Positions 38,080-48,690 of a DNA stretch of 64,000 nt are shown here, piece by piece. The translations under genes were made by a program, and so were the position numbers. The DNA is from Heterodontus francisci (lineage: Eukaryota): NCBI RefSeq assembly GCF_036365525.1, contig NC_090401.1:55438868-55502867 (forward strand), given 5' to 3'. The notes under the pieces are model-generated. The model ran no database searches, had not been told where the DNA came from, and saw nothing but the letters and a program-made list of their open reading frames with translations. Position 1 is the first letter of the stretch, and every line of letters begins with the position of its first letter.

Positions 38080-39475
38080 TAGTTAAACCTTAAATCGATA
38101 AATCTCTTGGAGACCTGACTTTTTTTAATCTGAGGAAAGCTCAGGAAGAAATAGCAAAGGTTTGACCAGAAATTGCCAACATTGCCAAAAAAAATTGCCC
38201 TAAAGGATAACAAATACAACAGCCTTTTCAGAAAAGGAAGCAAGGATAAATTGGGGAATTACATCAATTGAGAGTAAATTACTGAGTTTACAATATGGAA
38301 ATGAACCAAGTAGCTTGGCAAACAAGTCGATCAACGAGTCAGCACGGATTTCCAAAAATGTAGATGTTTTAGAAGAATATGACAAAAGAAAATGCAGTGA
38401 ATGTGGATTATATGGACTTTCAAAAAACATTTCATGATGTAAATAAAGGACTTGCAAAGACGTGACAGATTGGATCTTCAATTTGCTGACATCAGAGAAG
38501 CAGTAGACAGAAACATGTAAAGCAAGAAATTTAAGAATATATACCATAAATTACATTATAAAATTTGTAGCAGCAAAGGAACTTCAGCAAGAAGCTACAC
38601 AAGTCATGAAAATAGCAATAATGACTATAAAAGACAAAATGAAAAGCAACAGCATAGCGCTGAGGTTATACAAGATCTTAGTTGTGGCACAGTTGGAGTA
38701 TTGCGCAGTTTTAAGCAAACCATCATAGAAGGATTTACAAGCAATAGAAAATGTGCAACATAAGATCGAGTGAAAGGATACCAGGGAAGAGAGGTTATAG
38801 TTGTGGAGAGACTTCAGAAGCTAGACCTTTATTAGTGTCCAAGTTAAGGGTGGTCTACTGGGGGTGTTGAAGGGTTACATTAAATCAAACAGTGATATCC
38901 ATCATTGAAATGTGGAATTCTATGCTTCAAGCTGTTGAGATAAAGTCCATAAATTCTGTTAGGGGGGAGAAAAAGGAACACAAGTGGCGAAAAGCAAGAT
39001 CACAGTCTTGATGAGCCAAACAGCCTATTTCTGTGCTCTCACTTCCCATGATATATATGTTCCTTTAATTCCTGTCTGTATAAAATATTTGGAAGGTACA
39101 CTACACCAAGCAGACTCCAATAGCTGCAACTAGGAAATCATTCGCTATAAGAAAGCACAGCCCAGTCATTTGCTTTTGCCTTAGATGTCAGTGAAAGCCC
39201 ACATCTAGCTTGTGCCAAGGCATCAGCATCATAAATGCAAGAACAAGAATGCAACTACAATGCAAACATTCACTTTGGGTCATCAAGTTGGAATTTTAAT
39301 ATATAGCCAAACAATTATTGTCTTATCGACAAGCATCAGCAAATGTTAAACCATCTACCGACAGCTGAATTAGCCACTGCAAAGGTTGTTAGTTCCAGAG
39401 AGCCGACTACTCTCAATTCCAGGAATTCCTTCAATCAAATAATTAGAACAAAATTCAGATTGTAGAAATAGTTAC

Positions 39476-39588
39476 CTGAAGTATTTCTCTTCCATTGCTG
39501 CTTGCCTCATACCAAAAGCACCTCCAGCTTCTCTTATGGTTCCTCCACCACCACCTCCCTTCCCAGCTCCCTTGCCCAATTCTCCCAG
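39476..39588 (-). CDS. ATP5IF1: ATP5IF1 exon 2
   Basis: [37 protein letters not shown](R); IREAGGAFG signature; 113 nt; AG/GT boundaries. Confidence 0.96.
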
Positions 39589-40029
39589 CTGAAACAGAAT
39601 AATGTATAGCCTTTAGTGTTAAAACACATATACAGCATTATTCTAGTTACTTTGAAAAACTTTTACCTCCTTTTGAAGGAAATTACACAGCTCTTGCATG
39701 CAAATTGGAACAGCATGACATCTCAACAGCATTGTCACTGCATTCAAAGCAAACTGCAGACACCCAGATTTTGCTGAGTTTAAATGAACACCATGAGGAA
39801 GTTTGATGCCAGGTTACTAAAGCTAGTTATCCTCTATTCCATCAACTCAAATGATGTACCAAATGAGTCAGTAACTACCTAACTTGAACCCTGCATTTGT
39901 AATTTGATTTGAAAACCAGAAATTGTAATATCTCACTTCAATTTTCACTGCAGAACAACAAATCTAAAAGTCACAAGCCACTTAGGAAAGTACCTCTCTT
40001 GCCAAATCAAAAAAAGTATCATTGATACC

Positions 40030-41175
40030 CATGCCAGGTAATGACCATTACCAAGAGAGCCAAACCATCTTCCCTTGCCATTCAATGGAATTACCACTGA
40101 ATCCTACATTATCCTTGGAATCACCACTAACCAGAAACTGAACTGGAGCAACCACATAAATACCATGGCTACAAGAACGCATCTCCTGATTCCCCAAAAC
40201 CTGTCCACCATCTACGAGGCACAAGTCAGGAGTGTGATGGAATACTCTCCACTTGCCTGGATGGGTGCAACTCCAACAACACTCAAGAAGCTCGACACCA
40301 TCCAGGACAAAGCAGCATGCTTGATTGGCACCCAATCCACAAACATTCACTCCCTCCACCACCAACGCACAGTGGCAGCAGTGTGTACCATCTACAAGAT
40401 ACACTGCAGCAACTCACCAAGACTCCTTCAACAGCCTGGCTGAATGCAGCTCCAAGAAGCTTGACACCATCCAAGACAAAGCAGCCCACTTAATCAGCAC
40501 TCCATCCACCACCTTAAACAATCATTCCCTTCACCACTGGTGCACAGTGGGTGCCATGTGTACCATCTACAAGATGCAATGTGGTAACTCACCAATGCTC
40601 CTTCAATTGCATCTTCCAACCTCACAACTTATCACCTAGAAGGACAAGGACAGCAAATGCATGTGGTGGTGCTCCCATGCAAGTTGCCCTCCTAGCTACA
40701 CACCATCCTGACTTAGAAATATATCATTGTTCCTTCACTATCACTGGGCCAAAATCCTGAAACTCTCTCCCTAATAGCACTGTGGGTGTACCTGCACCAC
40801 ATGGACTGCAGCAGTAAAGCCTGGCTACCTGACCCGAAGCCGACTATATGTGGCAGGGTCGGGTCTATCTATATTGCATGTCCAGCATTGGGGCTCGGGT
40901 TGGCTGTGGTCAGGTTTTGTTTTGTATAGTTTTCTTTTTAATCTACATTTTGATGCTTTTTTTCTGTACTAATAACATGTTTGATATTTTCAGGTCGGAC
41001 ATGAAAAAAAAATTGAAGGACTCAGGCCAGGGACTAGTTTTAATTTTGTACTCAAGCCAGGATTTATGCAGCGGTTCAAGGCAGCAGCTCACCACCATCT
41101 TCTCAAGGACAATAAGGGATGGGCAATTAATGGTTGACCTTGCCAGCAACACCCACATCCTATAAGCCAATAAAA
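40030..41175 (+). mobile_element. CR1/L2-group LINE 3' end with internal duplication and MITE insertion
   Basis: IYEAQVRSVMEYSPLAW...LDTIQDKAA; the KLDTIQDKAA segment occurs twice; same tail as the 33.7 kb copy. Confidence 0.78.
40815..41066. mobile_element. hAT-type MITE
   Basis: TIR TAAAGCCTGGCT...AGCCAGGATTTA; 8-bp TSD TGCAGCAG/TGCAGCGG. Confidence 0.8.
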
Positions 41176-41826
41176 AAGTTAAAGAAATATTAACATGAAA
41201 GGACAGACTGAGTTTTCTCACCTTTCCCCAATCATCACTTTTCATTCAACTACCCTAACAGTGATCAAGTCTCTTTACCCTAAAAAAGCTGGGCAGGGTT
41301 TTAAAAGATAAACAGTTATAGAGAATGAACTAGGCAATATTCCAGCTAACAGCTGCAGTTATTGTTGAGACAGAGGCTGGAATTCCAGGCAGCAAAACTT
41401 TCAGCTCCCAAAGCCAGCACCCAGCTCTGGAATTCCCTCCATCTCCCCCCTCAGTTCATTGACCCAGAGTCTGGTCTCTCCTCTGGCAGCCACTTCCCCC
41501 TCACTCCTCCACCAGGGGCCTACTGAATTACCCATATGAAGCGCTGAGGCCCACACCCCAGCACTCCCTACAACTGGCGGCCGGTTAGTTGCACGGTCAC
41601 CTTGAACTCAAAGCTGGGCCGGGACACTCGCGGCTGGGGTAGGGTGGGACACAAGCCCAGGCCCCAGTAAAAAGCCTCAACAACCCCGGGAAAGTCTAAC
41701 TGCCCCATCACTCACTCACCGGGCCCGACATCATCCGCAGGCCCCGTCACTCGAACCCTGACGGGTATCACTCCGCCCCCTCCCCGTGCAGCCCGTACCC
41801 AACCCCCCTCTCCTCTGGGCCCGTAC

Positions 41827-41898
41827 CTGGCTGTTGTCGCCGTAGCTCCGCAGCTGCCGAGCAGCAATAAATTGACTTCTGAGCAGCAGCCGCGCCAT
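41827..41898 (-). CDS. ATP5IF1: ATP5IF1 exon 1 (mitochondrial presequence)
   Basis: GCGATGG; MARLLLRSQFIAARQLRSYGDNSQ|gtacgg; Arg-rich targeting peptide; phase 0 fits exon 2; CDS totals 345 nt. Confidence 0.9.
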
Positions 41899-41959
41899 CG
41901 CCTCCGTCCTTGCAGTAACCGAATGGCAGCTGAGCAACGCCTCCCTTGGCGTGAAAAAC

Positions 41960-42240
41960 CGACCACACCACGTGACCCACAAACCTGTCAATCAGGGAAA
42001 TAAAGGCAAAATATTGCAGCTGCTGGAAATCTGAAATAAAGTGCTGGCATCAAGCACCGCTCACAACACGTGACCAACAGCTGCTGTCAATCAAGAGCGA
42101 TCGGCATCAAGCACCGCCCACAACACGTGACCAACAGCCCCTGTCAATCAGGAGCGATCGGCATCATGCCCCGCCCACAGCAGTGACCCTCAGCTCCTGT
42201 CAATCAGGGGGAGGTCAGCACCAAGCCCCGCCCATGATCA
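41960..42240 (-). promoter_or_regulatory. ATP5IF1: ATP5IF1 promoter with 57-bp tandem units (E-box CACGTGAC, CTGTCAATCA, GC box)
   Basis: Units start at 42046, 42103, 42160, partial at 42217; proximal motif pair at 41969-41994. Confidence 0.75.
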
Positions 42241-42502
42241 GCTCTTGGTCACTGGAGCTAATGTTTGAGAGTATTGATGGAAACAATGTTTTGATTTGAT
42301 AAGTTTCCTTTTGTTTTATTTATAATTTGGAGTTTCTGGATTGTGCCCCTTTAAAAAAGGGGTCTCTTTTCTTAATATAATTGCTGATTGATACTAATTG
42401 CTACAAAAGCAAAATACTGCGGATGCTGGAAATCTGAAACAAAAACAAGAAATGCTGGAATCACTCAGCAGGTCTGGCAGCATCTGTGGAAAGAGAAGCA
42501 GA

Positions 42503-42537
42503 GTTAACGTTTCGGGTCAGTGACCCTTCTTCGGAAC
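42503..42537 (-). ncRNA. Minimal hammerhead motif in 3' pLTR (CCGAAGA core variant)
   Basis: GTT-CCGAAGA-A-GGGTCACTGACCC-GAAACGTT-AAC; the 5' pLTR copy at 45794-45828 has CCAAAGA. Confidence 0.6.
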
Positions 42538-42900
42538 TGACAAATATTAGAAAAGTCACAGATTATAAGCAAGTGAGGTGGGGGTGGGGCAAGAGATAAC
42601 AAAGGAGAAGGTGCAGATTGGACCAGGCCACATAGCTGACCAAAAGGTCACGGAGCAAAGGCAAACAATATGTTAATGGTGTGTTGAAAGACAAAGCATT
42701 AGTACAGATTAGGTGTAAATACACTGATTATTGAACAGCAGCAAGTGCAAACCTGAAAAAAACAGGGGGTAAGCAAACTGAACAAACTAAGATGAAATGA
42801 AATAAATGCAAAAAAAAGATTGTAAAAAATGTAAAAAAGAATGTAAAAAAAGAAAAAAGGAAGAAAAACTAACTAAAAATGAAAGTAAAATGGGGGGCTG

Positions 42901-45657
42901 TCATGCTCTGAAATTATTGAACTCAATGTTCAGTCCGGCAGGCTGAAGTGTGCCTAATCGGTAGATGAGATGCTGTTCCTCGAGCTTGCGTTGATGTTCA
43001 CTGGAACACTGCAGCAATCCCAGGACAGAGATGTGAGCATGAGAGCAGGGGGGAGTGTTGAAATGGCAAGCAACCGGAAGCTCAGGGTCCTGCTTGCGGA
43101 CTGAGCGGAGATGTTCCGCAAAGCGGTCACCCAGTCTGCGCTTGGTCTCCCCAATGTAGAGGAGACCACACTGTGAGCAGCGAATACAGTATACTACATT
43201 GAAAGAAGCACAAGTAAATCGCTGCTTCACCTGAAAGGAGTGTTTGGGGCCTGGGATAGTGAGGAGAGAGGAGGTAAATGGGCAGGTATTACACCTCCTG
43301 CGATTTCAGGGGAAGGTGCCCTGGGACGGGGACGAGGTGGTGGGGGTAATGGAGGAGTGGACCAGGGTGTCGCGGAGGGAACGATCCCTTCGGAATGCTG
43401 ACAGGGGAAGGGAGGGGAAGATGCGACTGGTAGTGGCATCACGCTGGAGGTGGCGAAAATGGCGGAGGATGATCCTTTGGATATGGAGGCTGGTGGGATG
43501 AAAAGTGAGGACAAGGGGAACTCTGTCACGGTTCTGGGAGGGAAGGGAAGGGGTGAGGGTAGAGGTGCGGGGAATGGGTCAGACACGGTTGAGGGCCCTG
43601 TCAACCACAGTGGGGGGAAATCCTCGGTTGAGGAAAAAGGAGGTCATATCAGAAGCACCGTCATGGAAGGTAGCATCATCAGAGCAGGTGCGTCGGAGAC
43701 GGAGAAACTGGGAGAATGGAATAGAGTCCTTACAGGAGGTAGGGTGTGAAGAAGTGTAGTCCAGGTAGCTGTGGGAGCCGGTGGGCTTATAATGGATATT
43801 AGTAGACAACCTATCCCCAGAGATGAAGACAGAGAAGTCGAAGAAGGGAAGGGAAAGTGAAGTGTCAGAGATGGACCATGTAAAGGTGAGAGAAGGGTGG
43901 AAATTGGAAGCAAAGTTGATAAAGTTTTCTAGTTCGGGGCGGGAGCAGGAAACGGCACCGATACAGTCATCAATGTACCGGAAAAAGAGTTGGGGGAGGG
44001 GGCCTGAGTAGGACTGGAACAAAGAATGCTCGACATATCCCACAAAAAGACAGGCATAACTAGGACCCATGCGGGTACCCATAGCAACACCTTTTACTTG
44101 AAGGAAGTGCGTGGAGTTGAAGGAGAAGTTGTTCAATGTGAGAACAAGTTCAGCCAGGCGGAGGAGGGTGGTGGTGGATGGGGACTGGTTGGGCCTCTGT
44201 TCCAGGAAGAAGCGGAGAGCCCTCAAACCATCCTGGTGGGGGATGGCAGTGTAGAGCGATTGGACGTCCATAGTGAAGAGGAGGCGGTTGGGACCAGGAA
44301 ACTGGAAATTGTCAAAATGACGTAGGGCGTCAGAAGAGTCACGGATGTAGGTGGGAAGAGACTGGACCAGCGGAGAAAAGATAGAGTCTAGATAGGAAGA
44401 AATAAGTTCAGTGGGGCAGGAGCAGGCTGACACAATGGGTCTGCCGGGACAGTCCCGTTTGTGGATTTTGGGAAGGAGGTAGAAGCAGGCTGTCCGGGGT
44501 TGTGGGACTATGAGGTTGGAAGCCGTAGAGGGAAGATCTCCAGAGGAGATGAGGTCAGTGACAGTCCTTTGGACGGTGGCTTGATGTTCGGTGGTGGGGT
44601 CATGGTCCAGAGGGAGGTAGGAAGAAGTGTCCGTGAGTTGGCGTTGAGCTTCTGTAAGGTAGAGGTCGGTACGCCATACAACAACAGCACCACCCTTGTC
44701 TGCAGGTTTGATGACCATGTTGGAGTTAGACCTGAGAGAACGGAGTGCCTCAAGTTCAGAGGGGGACAGGTTAGAGTGAGTGAGGGGGGCAGAGAAATTG
44801 AGACGACCAATGTCTCGCCGACAGTTTTCAAAGAAGAGATCAAGAGCGGGTAAGAGGCCAGGGGGAGGGGTCCAGGTAGAGGGAGAATGCTGGAGGCGGG
44901 TGAACGGGTCTGCTGGTCGGGGGGAGGACTCCTGGTCGAAGAAGTGAGCCCGGAGGCGGAGGCGACGGAAGAAGAGCTCAACGTCATGCCGAGCGCGAAA
45001 TTCATTGAGGTGGGGGCGTAAGGGGATAAAACTGAGACCTTTGCTGAGTACAGAATGCTCAGCATCAGAGAGGGGGAGGTCAGAGGGTATAGTGAATACA
45101 CGGCAAGGGGTCAGATCAGAAGGGGTGGGGTCAGAGGGAGGTGAAGCGGAAGGAGGATCTGGAGGGGCATTAGTCCCCATCAGCTGCTGGAGCTTGCGTT
45201 CCTTAACACCTGAAAGGAAGAAAAAAAGTTTTTTGTTAATGCGTCGGATGAGACGTAAGATGAGATGAAACTGCGGAGTAGAACAGCTTTGAGATAAGGT
45301 GAGACGGTGCTGCTGGAGAGAGAGGTCCAGTGTGTGCATGTGGCGGCGCATAGCACTGAGTGTGGATCTCAGGATGCGGCGAGAGTAGCAGTCCGAGGAA
45401 TGTTGTATTTCTCGGAGATACCTGTGATCCTGGGTGGTTTCAAAGCATGATGGGTGAAACTGCAGTTGGAATCCACGTGGAATAAGTCGGAGCCGGAGAC
45501 AGTCACTGAGGAAGGAGATGTGGCTGTGAAAACGAGTTTTGGTAGATACCTTATCGAACACCAGGAGGGAAATAGAAAGCAATGAAGGTGAACAAGGTAA
45601 AAGAGACAAACTAAAATCCCGTCGGAGAAAAGAGCAGAACTTCTTCAAGGTAGGCAT
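42901..45657 (-). pseudogene. Penelope polyprotein (RT, Cys linker, GIY-YIG endonuclease), 918 codons with two in-frame TGA
   Basis: IKPADKGG, YLLPKIHK, GRPIVS, DVQSLYT, GVAMG, RYIDD; VVYCIRCSQCGLLYIGET; track ORFs 43579-45657 and 42901-43230 share one frame; stops at 43579-43581 and 43306-43308. Confidence 0.92.
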
Positions 45658-45959
45658 TCCTGGAAGAGAAGTGGCAGTGAATTAAACACTAAAATAAAAG
45701 CAAAATACTGCGGATGCTGGAAATCTGAAACAAAAACAAGAAATGCTGGAATCATTCAGCAGGTCTGGCAGCATCTGTGGAAAGAGAAGCAGAGTTAACG
45801 TTTCGGGTCAGTGACCCTTCTTTGGAACTGACAAATATTAGAAAAGTCACAGATTATAAGCAAGTGAGGTGGGGATGGTGCAAGAGATAACAAAGGAGAA
45901 GGTGCAGATTGGACCAGGCCACATAGCTGACCAAAGGGTCACGGAGCAAACCTTTTTTC

Positions 45960-46330
45960 TATTGGATGTGGGAATAGCGATAAGGACAAATTTTACTGCT
46001 CATCCCTAATTGCCCCCTTCTTGAATACAACTGAGTGGCTTGCTAGGTCCCTTCAGAGGGCAGGGAAGAGTCAATCACATTGCTGTTGGTCTGAACTCAC
46101 GCGTAGGCCAGTCTGGGTAAGGATGCAGATTTTCTTTCCTAAAGGACATTAGTGAACCAGATGAGTTTTTACAACAATCCAGTAATTATCTGGTTACTAC
46201 TACTGACAGTATATTTTTATTCTTGATTTATTTATTTACTGAATTTAAATTCCCCAGCTGTTATTGTGAGATTTGAACTCATATGTCTGGATTTTTAATT
46301 CAGGTAACATAAACCATTATGCTACCGTTC
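45960..46330 (-). mobile_element. tRNA-derived SINE remnant (same family as 59492-60090)
   Basis: Reverse-complement similarity, including CATCCCTAATTGCCC tail and CCTAAAGGACATTAGTGAACCAGATG core. Confidence 0.6.
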
Positions 46331-46508
46331 CCTATGAACCTTTTTGATTCCTTGATGGACCTTTATGCCCCAGTGCCACCAGACGCAAAGAAAAAAAATA
46401 AAGCAAATGCCTTTCCAGGTCACCGGATACAATGAACAAATAAGAATTAAAGAAAGAAGAACCACATTGCTATGGGTCTGGAGTCACTTATAGACCACAT
46501 TTTGTGTC

Positions 46509-46925
46509 AGCCATGGCTCAGTTGGTAGAACTGATACCTCTGAGTCACAAGATTCCATGTTCAAGTTGCACTCCAGTACTGAAGGAATGCTGCACTGTCA
46601 GAGATGCCGTCTTTAGGGTGAGATGTTAAACCAAGGCCCTTCTACCCTCACATCTGGATGTAAAATATCCCATGGTGCTATTTTGAAGAAGAGCAGGGGA
46701 CTTATGCCTAGTTCTGGCCAATATTTATCCCTCAATGAACATCGCCAAAAACATATTATCTGGTCACTATCACATTGCTGTTTGTGGGAGCTTGCTGAGT
46801 GCAAATTGGCTGCTGTGTTTCCTACATTACAACAGTGACTAAACTTCAAAAGTACATAATTGGTTGTAAAGCACTTTGAGACGTCCAGTGGTCATGAAAA
46901 GCACTGTGTAAATGCAAGACTTCTT
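46509..46925 (+). mobile_element. DeuSINE/SacSINE1-like tRNA-derived SINE
   Basis: A box TGGCTCAGTTGG; GATGTAAAATATCCCATGG core; TGCAAATTGGCTGC...TTACAACAGTGAC tail. Confidence 0.7.
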
Positions 46926-48289
46926 CTTTAAACAATAATTAAATGATAATATTATTGTCAACATCCAGGATGTAACCACACCCTGCGACACTTACCAGTC
47001 AAGGAAGGTCTCAAGCGTACCAGTGGATCATGGACTCTTCAGGATCACTCAGGTATGGACAATGTCGCACGGCAGAGGCAGGCAGTCAGAGTGACCACCC
47101 ACACGGGCCATGTCCAACTTGGACCTGTAGGTAGCTAAGGTAGTTGTAGATATACTGTTGTGATTGAGTTTTCTCCATATCCATGAATAACTGTATCTGT
47201 ACAACGCATTCCTGGAGACTTTGTGTTTTAACTTCTGAAAGACCATGTTAGTTAGCTAAAGGGAGGCTGTGTAATCATTTGAAGAATTTCTTTTTGCTAG
47301 TGTGTGATAATAGAACTAACGTTAGTATATCAAAAAACACAAAAATCTGATGGCAGACTGATGATCCCAGAGAGCTGGTGATGCTCAGTTATTGAGTATA
47401 AGTCAGAGATAGATTTTTGGATACTAAGGGAATCAAGGGTTATGGAGATAGTGTGGGAAGATGGAGTTGAGCCATGATCTTGTTGAATGGCAGAGCAGGC
47501 TCGAAGGGCCAAATGGCCTACCTCAGTTTTTATTTCTTATGTTCTTAGATGGCTAGGAATACGTTAATCTCATGGATGCCCTTGCCAAGCCACTAGAATC
47601 CAGTCACCCCTATTTGAAAACCAATGCTTTAGAGGGGGAAGAATATTAAAATTTTAGGGTAAGAAAGAGGGTCTACCTGAATGAAAATTTACAGAATTCC
47701 TAAGACCAGTAATATCTTCTGGAGAGGGATTATACCTAAATGTTAATCTCACCTTGGTTCTCAGATACTGACTGACACACTGTGTACTTGCTACATGTTC
47801 TGTTATTTTTGCCCCTGGATTTCTGGAATTGGTTTATTTTTGACTATTTCATTATTGACCTCAGGATCCTGATCTGTCAACGCAAAAACATTAACCAGAG
47901 TCCACATACCTGATTGGAACTGAAACCAGCATGAATCAGCACCTTCAGGGGAGGAGAAAGGAAATTGCCCCCAAAAATTAGCTAGTTTGCAATTTCATTT
48001 AGCTGTTAGCAAGACGACCATAACAAAGAAATAATTGTACAGAACGTGTAATCATAATGAAATTCCTTCATTATGGTTTGCCTGCACTTGGGGAGTGATT
48101 CTTTTTTAATTCTATCAAAATTGAAAAATGCATTGTAAATCTGTGTAGGCTATATTCAAATACCAAATGTGCTTCTTTTCCAAACAATGAAATGCATATT
48201 ATTATCCAAAATGAGTTAGTCTAAAATTGTTGTTGATCAGTTTGAGAGATGACATGTTTGCATGATGACTAATTTTATGTTATTCTTCT

Positions 48290-48690
48290 CCTGTACAAGC
48301 TTCCTACTCCGAGCTCCGTCATGACAAGAGGATACCAGGAGGGCAGAGGAAACACTACAAGGATGTCCTTAAAGCCTCCCTGAAAAAATGTGACACCTGC
48401 ACTGATTTGTGGAAATCTCTTGCCCGAGATCACCCAAAATGGAGAAGAAACATCCCCGAAGGTGCCAGCCAGTTCGAACAACGTCGACATACCCAGGCAG
48501 AGACCAAGTGCAAACAGCGGAAGGAGCGCTTGGAAATTTGAGCATCCCATCCATCCACCAAAGACCACCTACCCCACCTGTGGCAGAGTGTGCGGATCCA
48601 GAATTGGACAATTCAGTCACCTAAGGACTCACAACCCTGGAGTGGAAGAAAGACATCCTCGTTCCCGAGGGACTGCCTCAGAAGAAGAGA
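48290..48690 (+). mobile_element. RTE LINE 3' end (second family)
   Basis: YKDVLKASLKKC; PTCGRVCGSRIGQFSHLRTH zinc finger; GAGGGACTGCC...(AGA)n tail. Confidence 0.7.

Larger units (their letters stand above)
42405..45950 (-). mobile_element. Near full-length Penelope-like element (Neptune-type) with 255-bp direct pseudo-LTRs
   Basis: Direct repeats 42405-42659 and 45696-45950 (5 mismatches by eye); RT and GIY-YIG ORF between; hammerhead motif in each repeat. Confidence 0.93.

Noticed and set aside
42046-42234. Tandem units as a possible CRISPR array
   Set aside because: Eukaryotic locus; units repeat along their full length with no unique spacers, and no cas genes
42405-42659. Direct repeats as true retroviral LTRs
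   Set aside because: No TG..CA ends, PBS or integrase; the ORF is PLE RT + GIY-YIG, so these are pseudo-LTRs
43306-43308. In-frame TGA at a conserved Cys of the Penelope linker, suggesting selenocysteine as reported for some Naiad PLEs
   Set aside because: The sibling copy at 16.3 kb has TGC here, a second TGA replaces an Arg codon, and no SECIS was recognised; a point mutation is simpler. SECISearch3 plus a family consensus would settle it.
43244-45268. Plus-strand ORFs over the Penelope element
   Set aside because: Antisense shadows of the RT coding sequence
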